Positions 17,311-26,886 of a stretch of DNA of 64,000 bases are shown one piece after another. This DNA is from Planctomycetaceae bacterium (GTDB taxonomy: Bacteria; Planctomycetota; Planctomycetia; Planctomycetales; Planctomycetaceae). The stretch is taken from the NCBI GenBank assembly GCA_044378235.1, contig JBILXT010000002.1:10257-74256 (forward strand), read 5' to 3'. The notes below the pieces were generated by a model. It searched no databases. It was not told the origin of the DNA and saw nothing but the letters and a program-made list of their open reading frames with translations. Positions within the stretch are counted from its first letter, which is position 1. Each line of letters begins with the position of its first letter. The position numbers and the translations under genes are program-made.

Positions 17311-19443
17311 TCACTCCACAATCAGCTTCGCAACTTCTTCAGCCGTCAAGGCTCGTTCGAATACGGCCGCTTCGTCAAGGCGGCCTTCCCAGTTGGAATC
17401 GTTATCACTGCGGCCACCGAGCATCAGTTCTTCGATCTCAACCGCCGGAGCTTTGCCTTCGATCTCCAGTTTCCCGTTCAGATACACCTGCACTTTTTCG
17501 CCGTCACGCACGAGAACCACATGGCTCCAGACCCAGCGAGCAATCTCGGTCTTGCCTGCCAGCCGATTCTCAGCAGACTGGCCGTGCTGATAAATCAAAG
17601 CCCCTGTGTGGCCGCTCTTTCCGCCGACACCTAGATGCTCGCCAAACGCGCTGATCCCGTGGTCATGATCTCGTGAATAGAACCAGCCGCTGACATCACG
17701 TCCATCGTTTGGCATGCCGTTCCAGATCCAAAGCGACACGCTGTACGATGTTCTGAGGTCCGCCGCGCGAGAACGCAGGCGACCACTGACAAAATGCGGT
17801 GCTCGGTTGGTCACGTCTGGTCCACAGAATGCGGCTGACTGCGGCCCCTCCAGGTAATACGTAATCGCAGCTTCATAGTGGGCATCACGATGATGGCCGC
17901 TGGAGTCTGCTGCGACCGGGCCGGTGAATTCATTCAGTCGCCACCACGCGGCAGGCTTCAGTGACTGAATGGTTTCAGAGGCCGTTCCCATCGGCAGAAC
18001 ATAGCTGCGGCGAGCTTTCCCGCTGACCGTTTCCAGCAGGCTGATGGCGGCCTGAGTGATCTTCGCTTCAGCTTTCACTTCCAGGCCAGCCGATCGAGCT
18101 TCCCAAGTGTTGTAACCGCCGAACGCATGCTGTTCAGCCGGAGGAATATAGCCATCTCCGCCGTTTGCCAGTTCAATCACCATGTTGTGCGCCAAAGGAC
18201 TGGCCGCTTTAATCTTGAGCCCTGTGATGGCATACGTTTCGTTCGGCGTCGTTGCGATGCCAATGTCCCCGATTCGCAGAGCTTGGACGACGATTTCCGC
18301 CTGCTGGGCTTCGTGCAACAGGATCTGTTCACGAGCGTAAACCTCGGTCTGAGTTTTCGGCAGGCGATCTCCAACTTCCTGCATGATGCGTTGAGACCAC
18401 TCCAGCAATTGCTTGTCGGGAACTCGATACTTCAAAGTCATTCGCTGTTCTGCCATGGCGATGCTGACATCATCACGATATTGCACGCCCTCCAGAGCCT
18501 TCATCGCGATGTCCAGAAGACCGTTGGCGTAGGTATCGATCGTCAATGTGGGATCCCATGAATCCGGTTTTGTGTAATCACGACGCCAGATGTCGCCGCT
18601 GCAGCCGTGAGACATCATGCCGACAAAGTTGCTGTCCGGAGCAAGGCGTTGCTTGAGTCCTTCGCTGAACAGTCCGAAGTAATCGGCGCTGATGTCGGAA
18701 TCACCAAAGTAGTGCATGGAGAAATTTCCCAGCACAGCCAGCGGCTTACCATCGCGAGTCTGCACAGAAATGAGTGACAACTCTGGATCTTCAGGACCGG
18801 CTTCTCCGACAGCGTCGTCCCAGTTCGCCCCGGCATGCATGTTGGCGCGTACAGTCAGATTGCCGAACGGATCTTCCGCAATGCGATCTGGTCGACGAAT
18901 CCATTGTCGCAACGCTGTGTATTCCGGTGCGTCGACTGAGGCGAATCCAATTCGAGCCGGCTCTTGAGCTGCCTGCGCTGCCGCGATTGCCTGCACGACT
19001 TTTTCACGCAGGAACGGGACGTAATCCGGATCTGCATCTGTGCCGAGACATCCCATCGACGCCGGGGCTGAGTGAGAATGTGTGGCGGAGATCAGAATGC
19101 GATCGGTCGGAATCCCGGTCTTTACTTTCGCCAGAGCTTTGATGTCATCCAGGAGGACTCGGCCAATCATGCAGCTGTCCACAACCACGATGGCCAGTTG
19201 TTCTTTACCGTCGCTGAAGTACAAAGCTCTCGCGTTCACTCGCGTCTTGATTTTATCCAGACTGCGACTGGTCATGCCCCCGTTCACCAGCACCGGAAGC
19301 TTGTCCGGTGTGATATCCACAACAGCAGCACCGGCTTTGAAATCTGCGTTAACTGCGTCTGCAGCCGACAACAGCAGCAGAGTTGCCAGAGTGAGCACAA
19401 GTCGGGCCTGATAAGGACGTGTCTGAGCCGGGGCTGTGTTCAT
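17311..19443 (-). CDS. neutral/alkaline ceramidase-like N-terminal domain fused to a LamG (concanavalin-A-like lectin) domain, secreted
   Basis: Start set to the ATG at 19443, which gives a signal peptide (LVLTLATLLLLSAADA). Ceramidase-type motifs are AAVVDITP, ARALYF..LAIVVVDSCMI and ATHSHSAP. The C-terminal LamG pattern is HVVLVRDGEKVQVYLNG...GRLDEAAVFERALTAEEV. Confidence 0.75.
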   Translation of the reverse strand: MNTAPAQTRPYQARLVLTLATLLLLSAADAVNADFKAGAAVVDITPDKLPVLVNGGMTSRSLDKIKTRVNARALYFSDGKEQLAIVVVDSCMIGRVLLDDIKALAKVKTGIPTDRILISATHSHSAPASMGCLGTDADPDYVPFLREKVVQAIAAAQAAQEPARIGFASVDAPEYTALRQWIRRPDRIAEDPFGNLTVRANMHAGANWDDAVGEAGPEDPELSLISVQTRDGKPLAVLGNFSMHYFGDSDISADYFGLFSEGLKQRLAPDSNFVGMMSHGCSGDIWRRDYTKPDSWDPTLTIDTYANGLLDIAMKALEGVQYRDDVSIAMAEQRMTLKYRVPDKQLLEWSQRIMQEVGDRLPKTQTEVYAREQILLHEAQQAEIVVQALRIGDIGIATTPNETYAITGLKIKAASPLAHNMVIELANGGDGYIPPAEQHAFGGYNTWEARSAGLEVKAEAKITQAAISLLETVSGKARRSYVLPMGTASETIQSLKPAAWWRLNEFTGPVAADSSGHHRDAHYEAAITYYLEGPQSAAFCGPDVTNRAPHFVSGRLRSRAADLRTSYSVSLWIWNGMPNDGRDVSGWFYSRDHDHGISAFGEHLGVGGKSGHTGALIYQHGQSAENRLAGKTEIARWVWSHVVLVRDGEKVQVYLNGKLEIEGKAPAVEIEELMLGGRSDNDSNWEGRLDEAAVFERALTAEEVAKLIVE

Positions 19444-19599
19444 GAGAAGATCTCCACGACAGAAGATTGTCGAACGCGAGCAGGAGTGATTGTTGAGGAG
19501 GGTGTTCACCATTTCGAGGCTCTGCATTCTGGACGAACCAATCACGTCTCGCAAACGCAACAAACAAATTGGTGCTTATGCCATTGCAGTTCGCTCCGA

Positions 19600-22500
19600 T
19601 CACTTCTCTTGAGTTGCCCGTTTGCGGCTTCCGGGCCTTTTTTCATTCTCAGCCTCAAGCGATGTCGAAAATGGATCAGGCGTGCCGGACTGTCGTGAGA
19701 CCTCCGACACTGTGCTGGCCAGACGAGCTTCTTTCGGTGCTGATTTGCCGTTGCGAGCCGAATCGATGGTTTCTATCAGACGATTCAATTGTTCGGTCGG
19801 CCGTCGGAACCAATCAAGGCTCCAGAGATGATGAATCAGCCAGCCCTGGCTCTGCAGAACTCCGTCTGTCGTTCGATTGCGATCTCGAGCGGATCGAGCA
19901 GAACTCCATGTCTCGCCGTCGACGATAATTCCCATCAGATAACGACTGGAATTGTCCGGATCGACAATTGCCAGATCCACATAGAGCCCAGCAAGCCCGA
20001 CCTGTTTCTCGACGGAGTATCCTCGTTCCTCCAACTGATGCGCCACAACATCGGTAAAGCGATCGCTGGAGCGGCCATCTCGAGCTGCATCGAACTCGCC
20101 GCCTTTTTCTGCGTACCGCAGATACTCCCGAAACACGGCCGGTCCCCGTCCCGTCGCGCGAGTCAAATCGATGTCTTCAGCGTGCATCGAAGAAAAAATC
20201 TGCAGGACTCGTTTGGCACGCGTCATCAGAACATTCAGGCGTCGCTCACCGCCGGTCGCCGACACAGGACCAAAATTCAGCGACACCTTGCCATCTTCAC
20301 CGGGCCCGTAACCCACAGACACGAAGATCGCATCGCGTTCATCGCCCTGGACATTTTCCAGGTTCTTCACAAAGAAGGGATCTGCCGCGTTGGGATCAAA
20401 GAATGAATCAAGGTCCGGATTACTCCGGCGGAGTTTTGCCAGTGATTCCAGAATGGAATCCCGCTGAGTGACGGAGAATGCGGCCACTCCCAGCGTCCAC
20501 TGCGGACATTCGCGAGCATGGCGCATGATGGCCTCGGCCACGACGGTCGCTTCGATCTCGTTGCGGCCTTTCACGAAGCGGCCGTTCTCCACGAAACGCC
20601 ATTTGACGCCCAGTTCACCGGATCGCTCAGGAGAAGGAACGACATACAACTGATTGTCGTAGAACTCCCGATTTGAAACGGCGATCAGCGATTCATGTTT
20701 GCTGCGATAATGCCAACGCAACATTCTCTGCGGCATGTTGCGAGCAATCGCCAGACCGAGAATGCTTTCGACATCTCCCGCCTGCATTTGGAGGGAACGT
20801 TCGTCGCTGGAGGTGTCTCCCAGCATGCGACCGAAGAACTGCGTCGGAGGCATCTGTTTGTCATCGCCAACCACAACCATCTGACGACAGCGAGCCGCCG
20901 CGCCCAGAGCTTCGACCGGACGAACCTGCGAGGCTTCATCGATCAGCAGCATGTCGAACTCTAGAACTCCGGGCTCCAGATACTGAGCGACCGACAAGGG
21001 ACTCATCATAAAGACCGGCTTCACGGCCTGCACAGCAGTACCAGCTCGCGCGAGAAGTTCGCGGAGCGGAAGATGGCGACGCTGTTTCTGCATCTCATGC
21101 TTTAGCAGTTGAACGGCCTCAGGTATATGGCCATCACGAGAACGTCCGATCCCCTTCCAATGCGCGTCGGCGACTTCGGCGCGAGCGATCTCCAATCGGC
21201 GAATATCAAGGCTGCAGAATTCTTCGATAAGTGTTTCGAATTTTACGCCTTCAAACGTCTCCAGATTCGCGGATTGCTTCAGGACAGCCCGGAGGAGAGC
21301 TTCTGCTCTCGCAAATCGAAACACCGCGGGAGCATCCTGTGGCGACATTTTGCCTGAGCTAAGTCGTTCCACAAGGACTCCTCCGCCGATGGTAGCAGCT
21401 GCGGAATTGGAGCGTCGATAGATCTGCCACTGCTGCAGGCCTTCCGGATTCTTCGACCATTCCACGAGACGCAGTCGGATGTCGGTCAGGGCGATTTCTT
21501 CCAATGAATCCTTTGAGCCTGAGGCGCTAGCCGATTCAGCGGGAAACTCGGCTAGCGCCTCAGGCTCACGTTGTATTTCAAAAGCGACCGCGAAGTTCAA
21601 TTGCAACGATTCGCCCAAACGACGATATCCCGCCAGAAAGGCGTCCAGTTTACCGGTAACATCTGCCGCAAGACGTTCGAGCTCTTCCTTTGATTTCAGT
21701 GAAGCCAACATGGAACGGAACCGAGGAGAGACACCTAGTTTCACCGTGGCATCGTCCCACGCTTCCCACGTTGCGATCCGTTTCAGATCTGTCTTTGAAC
21801 CCAGCCACAAACGCCCGAAGACTTTTCCGGCAAAGACATCAGCCTCGGCCAGTTTTCGGAGAGCAACCTGCCGTCTGTGCAGAAGCTGCAGAACATTGAC
21901 TCGTTCCTCGAAGGTTCCCGGTTGTGGCCCGGTCAGAAGACTCTTCAAATGTTGTCGAGCTTTACGATAGGGAGCATGCAGCATGCGACAGAGACATCGA
22001 CCGTACATCGTGTACGCTCGAAGGTCTTCGGAAACATCCAGATCCCACGCAGATTCTGTCACCTTGCCACGCAGCTTCTCATTGGTCTCCAAAATCGCGC
22101 GAGCATAGTCGGCCAGTTCTTTGATGGCGTAACGATGATCGGTCCAGATGAGATTTGCCGCTGCGTACTGATCCAGTTCCGGGGCAGTCAGCAAAGCATC
22201 GACAGTCCGCACGAGTCGGCGAATTCTGGACAAGGAAACGGCGGCATCATCGCACAGCTTCTCCCGCAGAGTGTTTGCCGCGTCCGTTAACGCATCCAAG
22301 TCCGCTATTCTCTGGGGCGCGGTGGTCAGCAGGCGTTCGAGATCTAACGGCAGGATGTGATCCAGAGTCGAACCGCGCCAGGGATGCTGTGCGGGATCGC
22401 CGATGTCTGAGGTCACTCGTGCAAGGTCCATGACGGATTGCAGCTTCAGGGAGTATTCATCGGAGTCCCATTCAGCGGCTTCTGGCAGTTGAAAATCGGG

Positions 22501-23892
22501 CAACGGAGTGGCCGCTGCGCGCAGATCGATCAGTTCGCCCAGAATCTGGTACGGTGTCAGCCCGCTTCGAGCAAATGTGGTATGGAGTGAGCCGACATAA
22601 TCATTCAGCTTTTGTTGACGATCTTTGAGTCGACGAATCGTGTCTGTCAGATCGCTCGGTAGAACGGGTGCCCCCATTTTCAGGGTGCGATCGACTTCTC
22701 GCAGGACGATACGTTTGTTGGATTTGCGGGAATGCAGTTCGAGGCATAACTCGCCAAGACCGATGTTGTCGAGTCGCCGTTTGACGACTTCCAGTGCCGC
22801 CATTTTCTCTGCGACAAACAGAATTGTCTTTCCGGAACTCACTGCGGCGGCGATCAGATTCGTGATCGTCTGCGACTTGCCGGTTCCCGGAGGTCCCTGA
22901 ATCACCAGATTTCTTCCGCGAGCGGCTTCTTCAATCACCAGCGACTGAGAGCTATCGCAATCAATCACATGTCGAGTCGTTGTCGCATCGAACAGCCGAT
23001 CGATGTTCTCATTATTTCGGCACACAGCTTCAACCGGCGGAAATCCATCCTGCAGGAGTCCAGTGATCAGGGGTTGATCCTGCAGGGGACGCGACGTGGG
23101 CCAGTTGTTGGGATCAAGATCTCGATACATCAGCAGCCGTGTGAACGAGAAGCACCACAATAGAATGTCGTCGGCGCGCACTTCCCACCCGCGCTGGTCG
23201 GCGATGACGTCTGTTACGTCCTGAAAATAAGTGGCCGGTGAGAGGTCTTCTGCGTTAGGCACATCGGGAAGGTTGATCCCAAAGTCACTTTTGAGCCGGA
23301 CTTTCAAAGTCAGATTGGTTTCGATTTCGCCATCGTTCCAGGACAGCGAATAGCGTTTTCCTGATCGACCTTTTTCCAACACCACCGGCACCAGTAGCAG
23401 TGGGGCGCAACGAGGCGTATCCGGAGCATCGATTTCAAACCACTTCAGGAACCCGAGTGCCAGATAGAGCACGTTGACGCCTTGCTCCTGCATCAGCGTG
23501 GCGCTGTCATCCAGCAACGTTTGCAGCCGACGGTCCAGTTCTTCGGGCGTCAGAGCGGTGTGCAGCGCATCATCGGCCGCCGAATTCTTCGTGCGGTGAG
23601 ATGTGTCGATCTCGGTTGCTAAGTCGGAGTCGGAATCAACATCTGAATCCTGATCGCCATGCGATTGACGTGCCGAAGATTTTTCAGCCAGCGAGCCATC
23701 TTCGAATCGCAGCGAAGTTCCTTCATGGACCAGGATGCGAAAAACGTCTGCGGATGATTCGTCAGCAATCCTGATCGCCGCCCCGGGCATTTTGTCGCGC
23801 GGCGTGGAGAGCAATCGATTCGAGGTTGTCAGTTCCAGCAGATCTCGTCGTGCAAGTTCGAGTTGTTTGAGCAGTCGATCGGGGTTGGCCAT
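19600..23892 (-). CDS. large SF1 (Upf1/DNA2-like, DUF4011-type) helicase fused to a C-terminal Vsr/DUF559-like endonuclease domain
   Basis: The ORF runs to 23904 (TTG), but ATG 23892 is the likelier start. Helicase motifs are Walker A GPPGTGKSQT, motif II LLIDEASQV, GDDKQMPP, VQGDERD and LNVLMTRAK. The C-terminal nuclease-like segment is GLYVDLAIVDP...IIVDGETW. Confidence 0.9.
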   Translation of the reverse strand: MANPDRLLKQLELARRDLLELTTSNRLLSTPRDKMPGAAIRIADESSADVFRILVHEGTSLRFEDGSLAEKSSARQSHGDQDSDVDSDSDLATEIDTSHRTKNSAADDALHTALTPEELDRRLQTLLDDSATLMQEQGVNVLYLALGFLKWFEIDAPDTPRCAPLLLVPVVLEKGRSGKRYSLSWNDGEIETNLTLKVRLKSDFGINLPDVPNAEDLSPATYFQDVTDVIADQRGWEVRADDILLWCFSFTRLLMYRDLDPNNWPTSRPLQDQPLITGLLQDGFPPVEAVCRNNENIDRLFDATTTRHVIDCDSSQSLVIEEAARGRNLVIQGPPGTGKSQTITNLIAAAVSSGKTILFVAEKMAALEVVKRRLDNIGLGELCLELHSRKSNKRIVLREVDRTLKMGAPVLPSDLTDTIRRLKDRQQKLNDYVGSLHTTFARSGLTPYQILGELIDLRAAATPLPDFQLPEAAEWDSDEYSLKLQSVMDLARVTSDIGDPAQHPWRGSTLDHILPLDLERLLTTAPQRIADLDALTDAANTLREKLCDDAAVSLSRIRRLVRTVDALLTAPELDQYAAANLIWTDHRYAIKELADYARAILETNEKLRGKVTESAWDLDVSEDLRAYTMYGRCLCRMLHAPYRKARQHLKSLLTGPQPGTFEERVNVLQLLHRRQVALRKLAEADVFAGKVFGRLWLGSKTDLKRIATWEAWDDATVKLGVSPRFRSMLASLKSKEELERLAADVTGKLDAFLAGYRRLGESLQLNFAVAFEIQREPEALAEFPAESASASGSKDSLEEIALTDIRLRLVEWSKNPEGLQQWQIYRRSNSAAATIGGGVLVERLSSGKMSPQDAPAVFRFARAEALLRAVLKQSANLETFEGVKFETLIEEFCSLDIRRLEIARAEVADAHWKGIGRSRDGHIPEAVQLLKHEMQKQRRHLPLRELLARAGTAVQAVKPVFMMSPLSVAQYLEPGVLEFDMLLIDEASQVRPVEALGAAARCRQMVVVGDDKQMPPTQFFGRMLGDTSSDERSLQMQAGDVESILGLAIARNMPQRMLRWHYRSKHESLIAVSNREFYDNQLYVVPSPERSGELGVKWRFVENGRFVKGRNEIEATVVAEAIMRHARECPQWTLGVAAFSVTQRDSILESLAKLRRSNPDLDSFFDPNAADPFFVKNLENVQGDERDAIFVSVGYGPGEDGKVSLNFGPVSATGGERRLNVLMTRAKRVLQIFSSMHAEDIDLTRATGRGPAVFREYLRYAEKGGEFDAARDGRSSDRFTDVVAHQLEERGYSVEKQVGLAGLYVDLAIVDPDNSSRYLMGIIVDGETWSSARSARDRNRTTDGVLQSQGWLIHHLWSLDWFRRPTEQLNRLIETIDSARNGKSAPKEARLASTVSEVSRQSGTPDPFSTSLEAENEKRPGSRKRATQEK
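21514..21567. repeat. REP-like palindromic element, family B, in frame inside the helicase CDS
   Basis: GAGCCTGAGGCGCTAGCCGA ... TCGGCTAGCGCCTCAGGCTC is 54 nt (18 codons), translated on the minus strand as EPEALAEFPAESASASGS. Confidence 0.85.
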
Positions 23893-23909
23893 GTATTGTC
23901 TCAATTCCT

Positions 23910-23964
23910 GAGCCTGAGGCGGCAGCCGATTTTCTGCAATCGAATCGACCAGCGTCTCAGGTTC
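23910..23964. repeat. degenerate REP-like element, family B
   Basis: GAGCCTGAGGCGGCAGCCGATT ... AATCGACCAGCGTCTCAGGTTC, just upstream of the helicase start. Confidence 0.45.
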
Positions 23965-23999
23965 GTCGCGTACTCTTCAATACAAATTTACCCTATCGA

Positions 24000-25109
24000 T
24001 CAATGTTCTTCTTCAAGTCCACATTTGCGTCGTACATAATCCTGAAACGCCCAGACCAGTTCTTCCAGAGTACTGATCGTACCGTGGAATGGGCTGTGCT
24101 TCATGCCTCTCTGAAGATCGGGGTAAAGGCGAGCATCCTCGGCCAGTACCTGCTTAATGATGGCCACTTTGGCTTTGCCCCAAAGCTTTGTCATCAGCCG
24201 CGAACCAAACGTTTCCTTGACCGCCTTCAGAATAAACACGTGGACGGTCATGTGGCACGACTCTGGTGATGTTGGAATGACTGTCATCACCTGTAACATC
24301 GCATCGATTCGCATCAAGAAGATATTTGGGAAGGTGTGATGCAGGCGATACTGATGAGTGCATCCGGGTTCCAGCAGAGGCAACAGCCGATTGGCTACTT
24401 TGCGATATAAGTCCGGCGAAACGATGGGAGATCGCATGATCGTCCCGTCGGGAGTAATCACATGTTCGATCTCTTCCTCAGTGCCGAAACTTACCAGCGT
24501 CTTCGGATGGACTGTAGGAACGTGGTACGCCTCCACAGTATTCTCCACCACGACTTTCCAGCTGGCGTTAAAGTCATAGCTCCAGGTGCCAGCTTGTTGC
24601 CATCGTTCTGCCGGGAACTCATCGCACACCGGAATCAGCGGCCCGGGCACTTCCCCCAGGGCCGGAGCATCGTCACTGAGCGTGACAAAAACCATAGGGC
24701 CGCGCACTTCGGTACGAAACGACTTAAGGCACTCAGGACCGCCCGGCATTGGCCGAAAGTTCTGCGCGAACGGGATCTTTCCGGTACGCCCGTCCGCGTT
24801 AAACTGCCAGCCATGATACTGGCAGGTCAGCTCTTTCGAATGACCGCTTTCTTCATGAGTCAGCAGGCAATGACGATGCGGACAGACGTTCAGAAATGTG
24901 CGAATCGTACCTCCGAAATTGCGAACAATGATCGGCGTTCCAAAGAGTTCCCGAGTCACGAAGTCGCCATCTTTCGGAAGATCGCTCAAGCTGGCCACAA
25001 TCTGCCACGATGGTCGAAAGAGTAAGTCAAGCTCCTTCTGATACTGCTCCGGACAGAAGTAGAGTGATGGCTTCAGAACATGTGGCAGACGGCACTGATG
25101 AACAAACAT
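24000..25109 (-). CDS. Rieske [2Fe-2S] non-heme iron oxygenase, alpha-subunit type
   Basis: 369 aa with the Rieske motif CPHRHCLL...CQYHGWQF. Confidence 0.85.
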   Translation of the reverse strand: MFVHQCRLPHVLKPSLYFCPEQYQKELDLLFRPSWQIVASLSDLPKDGDFVTRELFGTPIIVRNFGGTIRTFLNVCPHRHCLLTHEESGHSKELTCQYHGWQFNADGRTGKIPFAQNFRPMPGGPECLKSFRTEVRGPMVFVTLSDDAPALGEVPGPLIPVCDEFPAERWQQAGTWSYDFNASWKVVVENTVEAYHVPTVHPKTLVSFGTEEEIEHVITPDGTIMRSPIVSPDLYRKVANRLLPLLEPGCTHQYRLHHTFPNIFLMRIDAMLQVMTVIPTSPESCHMTVHVFILKAVKETFGSRLMTKLWGKAKVAIIKQVLAEDARLYPDLQRGMKHSPFHGTISTLEELVWAFQDYVRRKCGLEEEH

Positions 25110-25182
25110 TGAGCATTCTTTTGCGTTGAGTTGGCTGTGCAGTAAAGATCGGAGATCTTTTGCGATCGAAAGGAACAGGGAA

Positions 25183-26670
25183 TCACTCCGAGATCGCCTT
25201 CTGCAGCAAATTCGCCGTCATCTTCTGAACCCGTTCATCAGGCCCATGCGGCCGACTGTGGTGTGACCATGGCAACGTATGTCCCGGTGGATCTCCCAAA
25301 GCCTGAGCCCACCATATGGTGGCCGCGTTGAAGACAAAGTTCTTCTTTGGCCCGGGATAGATTGTGGCGGTCCATTGTTGAGGATTCACACCGCCCTGCC
25401 ACGCTGTTCCGGCGGCAACGATTTCCAGGCCCGGAATGGCCGCCGGCTGACCGTGATACTCCCAGCCGATCAGTCCCGGGATGTAATCGCCGTTCTTAAC
25501 ACCAGCGTCTTTGAACATCCAGTGATCGGCTTTTGTCACAACCCAGTCACCACCACCATTCACGGGTTCAATATTGCGAGCCCCCATGAGCAATCCTTCA
25601 TCAGGACCACGGTGAGGAAACGGTCCGTTGTCCTTCTCGCGACCGACGGCATAATCGTTCTCTGCACCATACGGACCGCCGCGGAAGAAGATACGGTTAG
25701 GATTTCCGGTCGAGGATGCTCGCAGTGGCGTCACCCAGCACACACTGTTGCCCGAGAGAAACAGCAGGTCGACGCCTTCATCTCGCATTTTTGACACACT
25801 GTTGAACTGTCGAATATCCCAGTATTCATCGTGTCCGATACTGACAAAGGACTTGCACTTCAGGCCGTGATCGGGAGTGACCATGTCGCTGTTTGAGCAG
25901 TACGTGACGTCGTAGCCATTCTGTTCCAGCCAATAGGTCATCGGGAATTCGTAAGGAATGAACTCCCCCGCGCCGACTGTGAGTGGGTCGTTGACCACAG
26001 AAGTGTATTGCGATTCACGGCCATAGGGACGATCAAAACTGACATCGGCCCACGGTCCCTGACCACCCTTTGGATGGGTATAGACAGAGTAATGACTTGG
26101 CCAGACATTGTAGGCTTGCCAGGTGTTGTCCGAGCATTGAAACAACACGTCTGCCGGTCGCTCATCACGCAAGATGAAAATGACGTAGCTCTGCCAGTAA
26201 GGTTCATTGCCTTCTGGAATCGTTGTTATGCGTCCAAGATAGACGCCGCTGATCCAGTCAGAAGGAATCGTCAACGTAACAGATGGCTCCCAATGGCATT
26301 CGTGCAGATCTTTCTCCCCGATGATTGGTTCCGGCTGAGTCACTCCCTTCACGCGATCAATCGTCTGCATCAGCCTCGCACCGCGGCCGCCGTAATAGCC
26401 GGTTCGGAAGATCTCCAGTTTGAAATCGCGAGCGGGTTTCGACGAGACCATGATGTCAATCTTTTCACCCGCGAGGACGCTTTGCTTTGAGCAATAGCCT
26501 TCGATGTTCCAGGAACGGCATCCGGCCCCGTCCACTTTGACTCGTGTCAATTGCCAGTCGATTGCACCCGGAAGTTGATTCTCCTTCTGGATCGGATTCT
26601 CTGCAAAAGTCGAGAAGCTGCTGATGATCAGCACTGCGAGAGTCAGCAATGGGTGTGCAAAAGAGTTCAT
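25183..26670 (-). CDS. secreted protein, N,N-dimethylformamidase beta-subunit-like (DUF6605-type) family
   Basis: Start set to the ATG at 26670, which gives a signal peptide (LLTLAVLIISSFSTFA). The ENPIQKENQLPG..DW N-terminus and the FQCSDNTWQAYNVW segment resemble that family. This assignment is from memory only. Confidence 0.6.
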   Translation of the reverse strand: MNSFAHPLLTLAVLIISSFSTFAENPIQKENQLPGAIDWQLTRVKVDGAGCRSWNIEGYCSKQSVLAGEKIDIMVSSKPARDFKLEIFRTGYYGGRGARLMQTIDRVKGVTQPEPIIGEKDLHECHWEPSVTLTIPSDWISGVYLGRITTIPEGNEPYWQSYVIFILRDERPADVLFQCSDNTWQAYNVWPSHYSVYTHPKGGQGPWADVSFDRPYGRESQYTSVVNDPLTVGAGEFIPYEFPMTYWLEQNGYDVTYCSNSDMVTPDHGLKCKSFVSIGHDEYWDIRQFNSVSKMRDEGVDLLFLSGNSVCWVTPLRASSTGNPNRIFFRGGPYGAENDYAVGREKDNGPFPHRGPDEGLLMGARNIEPVNGGGDWVVTKADHWMFKDAGVKNGDYIPGLIGWEYHGQPAAIPGLEIVAAGTAWQGGVNPQQWTATIYPGPKKNFVFNAATIWWAQALGDPPGHTLPWSHHSRPHGPDERVQKMTANLLQKAISE

Positions 26671-26886
26671 CAGAGAATACCGACGTTCTGAATCGGTGTG
26701 CGGTTTAGAGCATTTCACGAGATCTATGGCCATGTTGATGATTCCTTAGAGGTGAGTGAATGAAACCGGCGGGACGCTTGACGATGTGACGCAGAGTCCC
26801 GGATGATAATGACCCGCCGACAAAAACTCCCTCATGGTCGGAAAATCGATTTCTGAGCCGAACCTGCGGACTCGGAATTCCAATTT

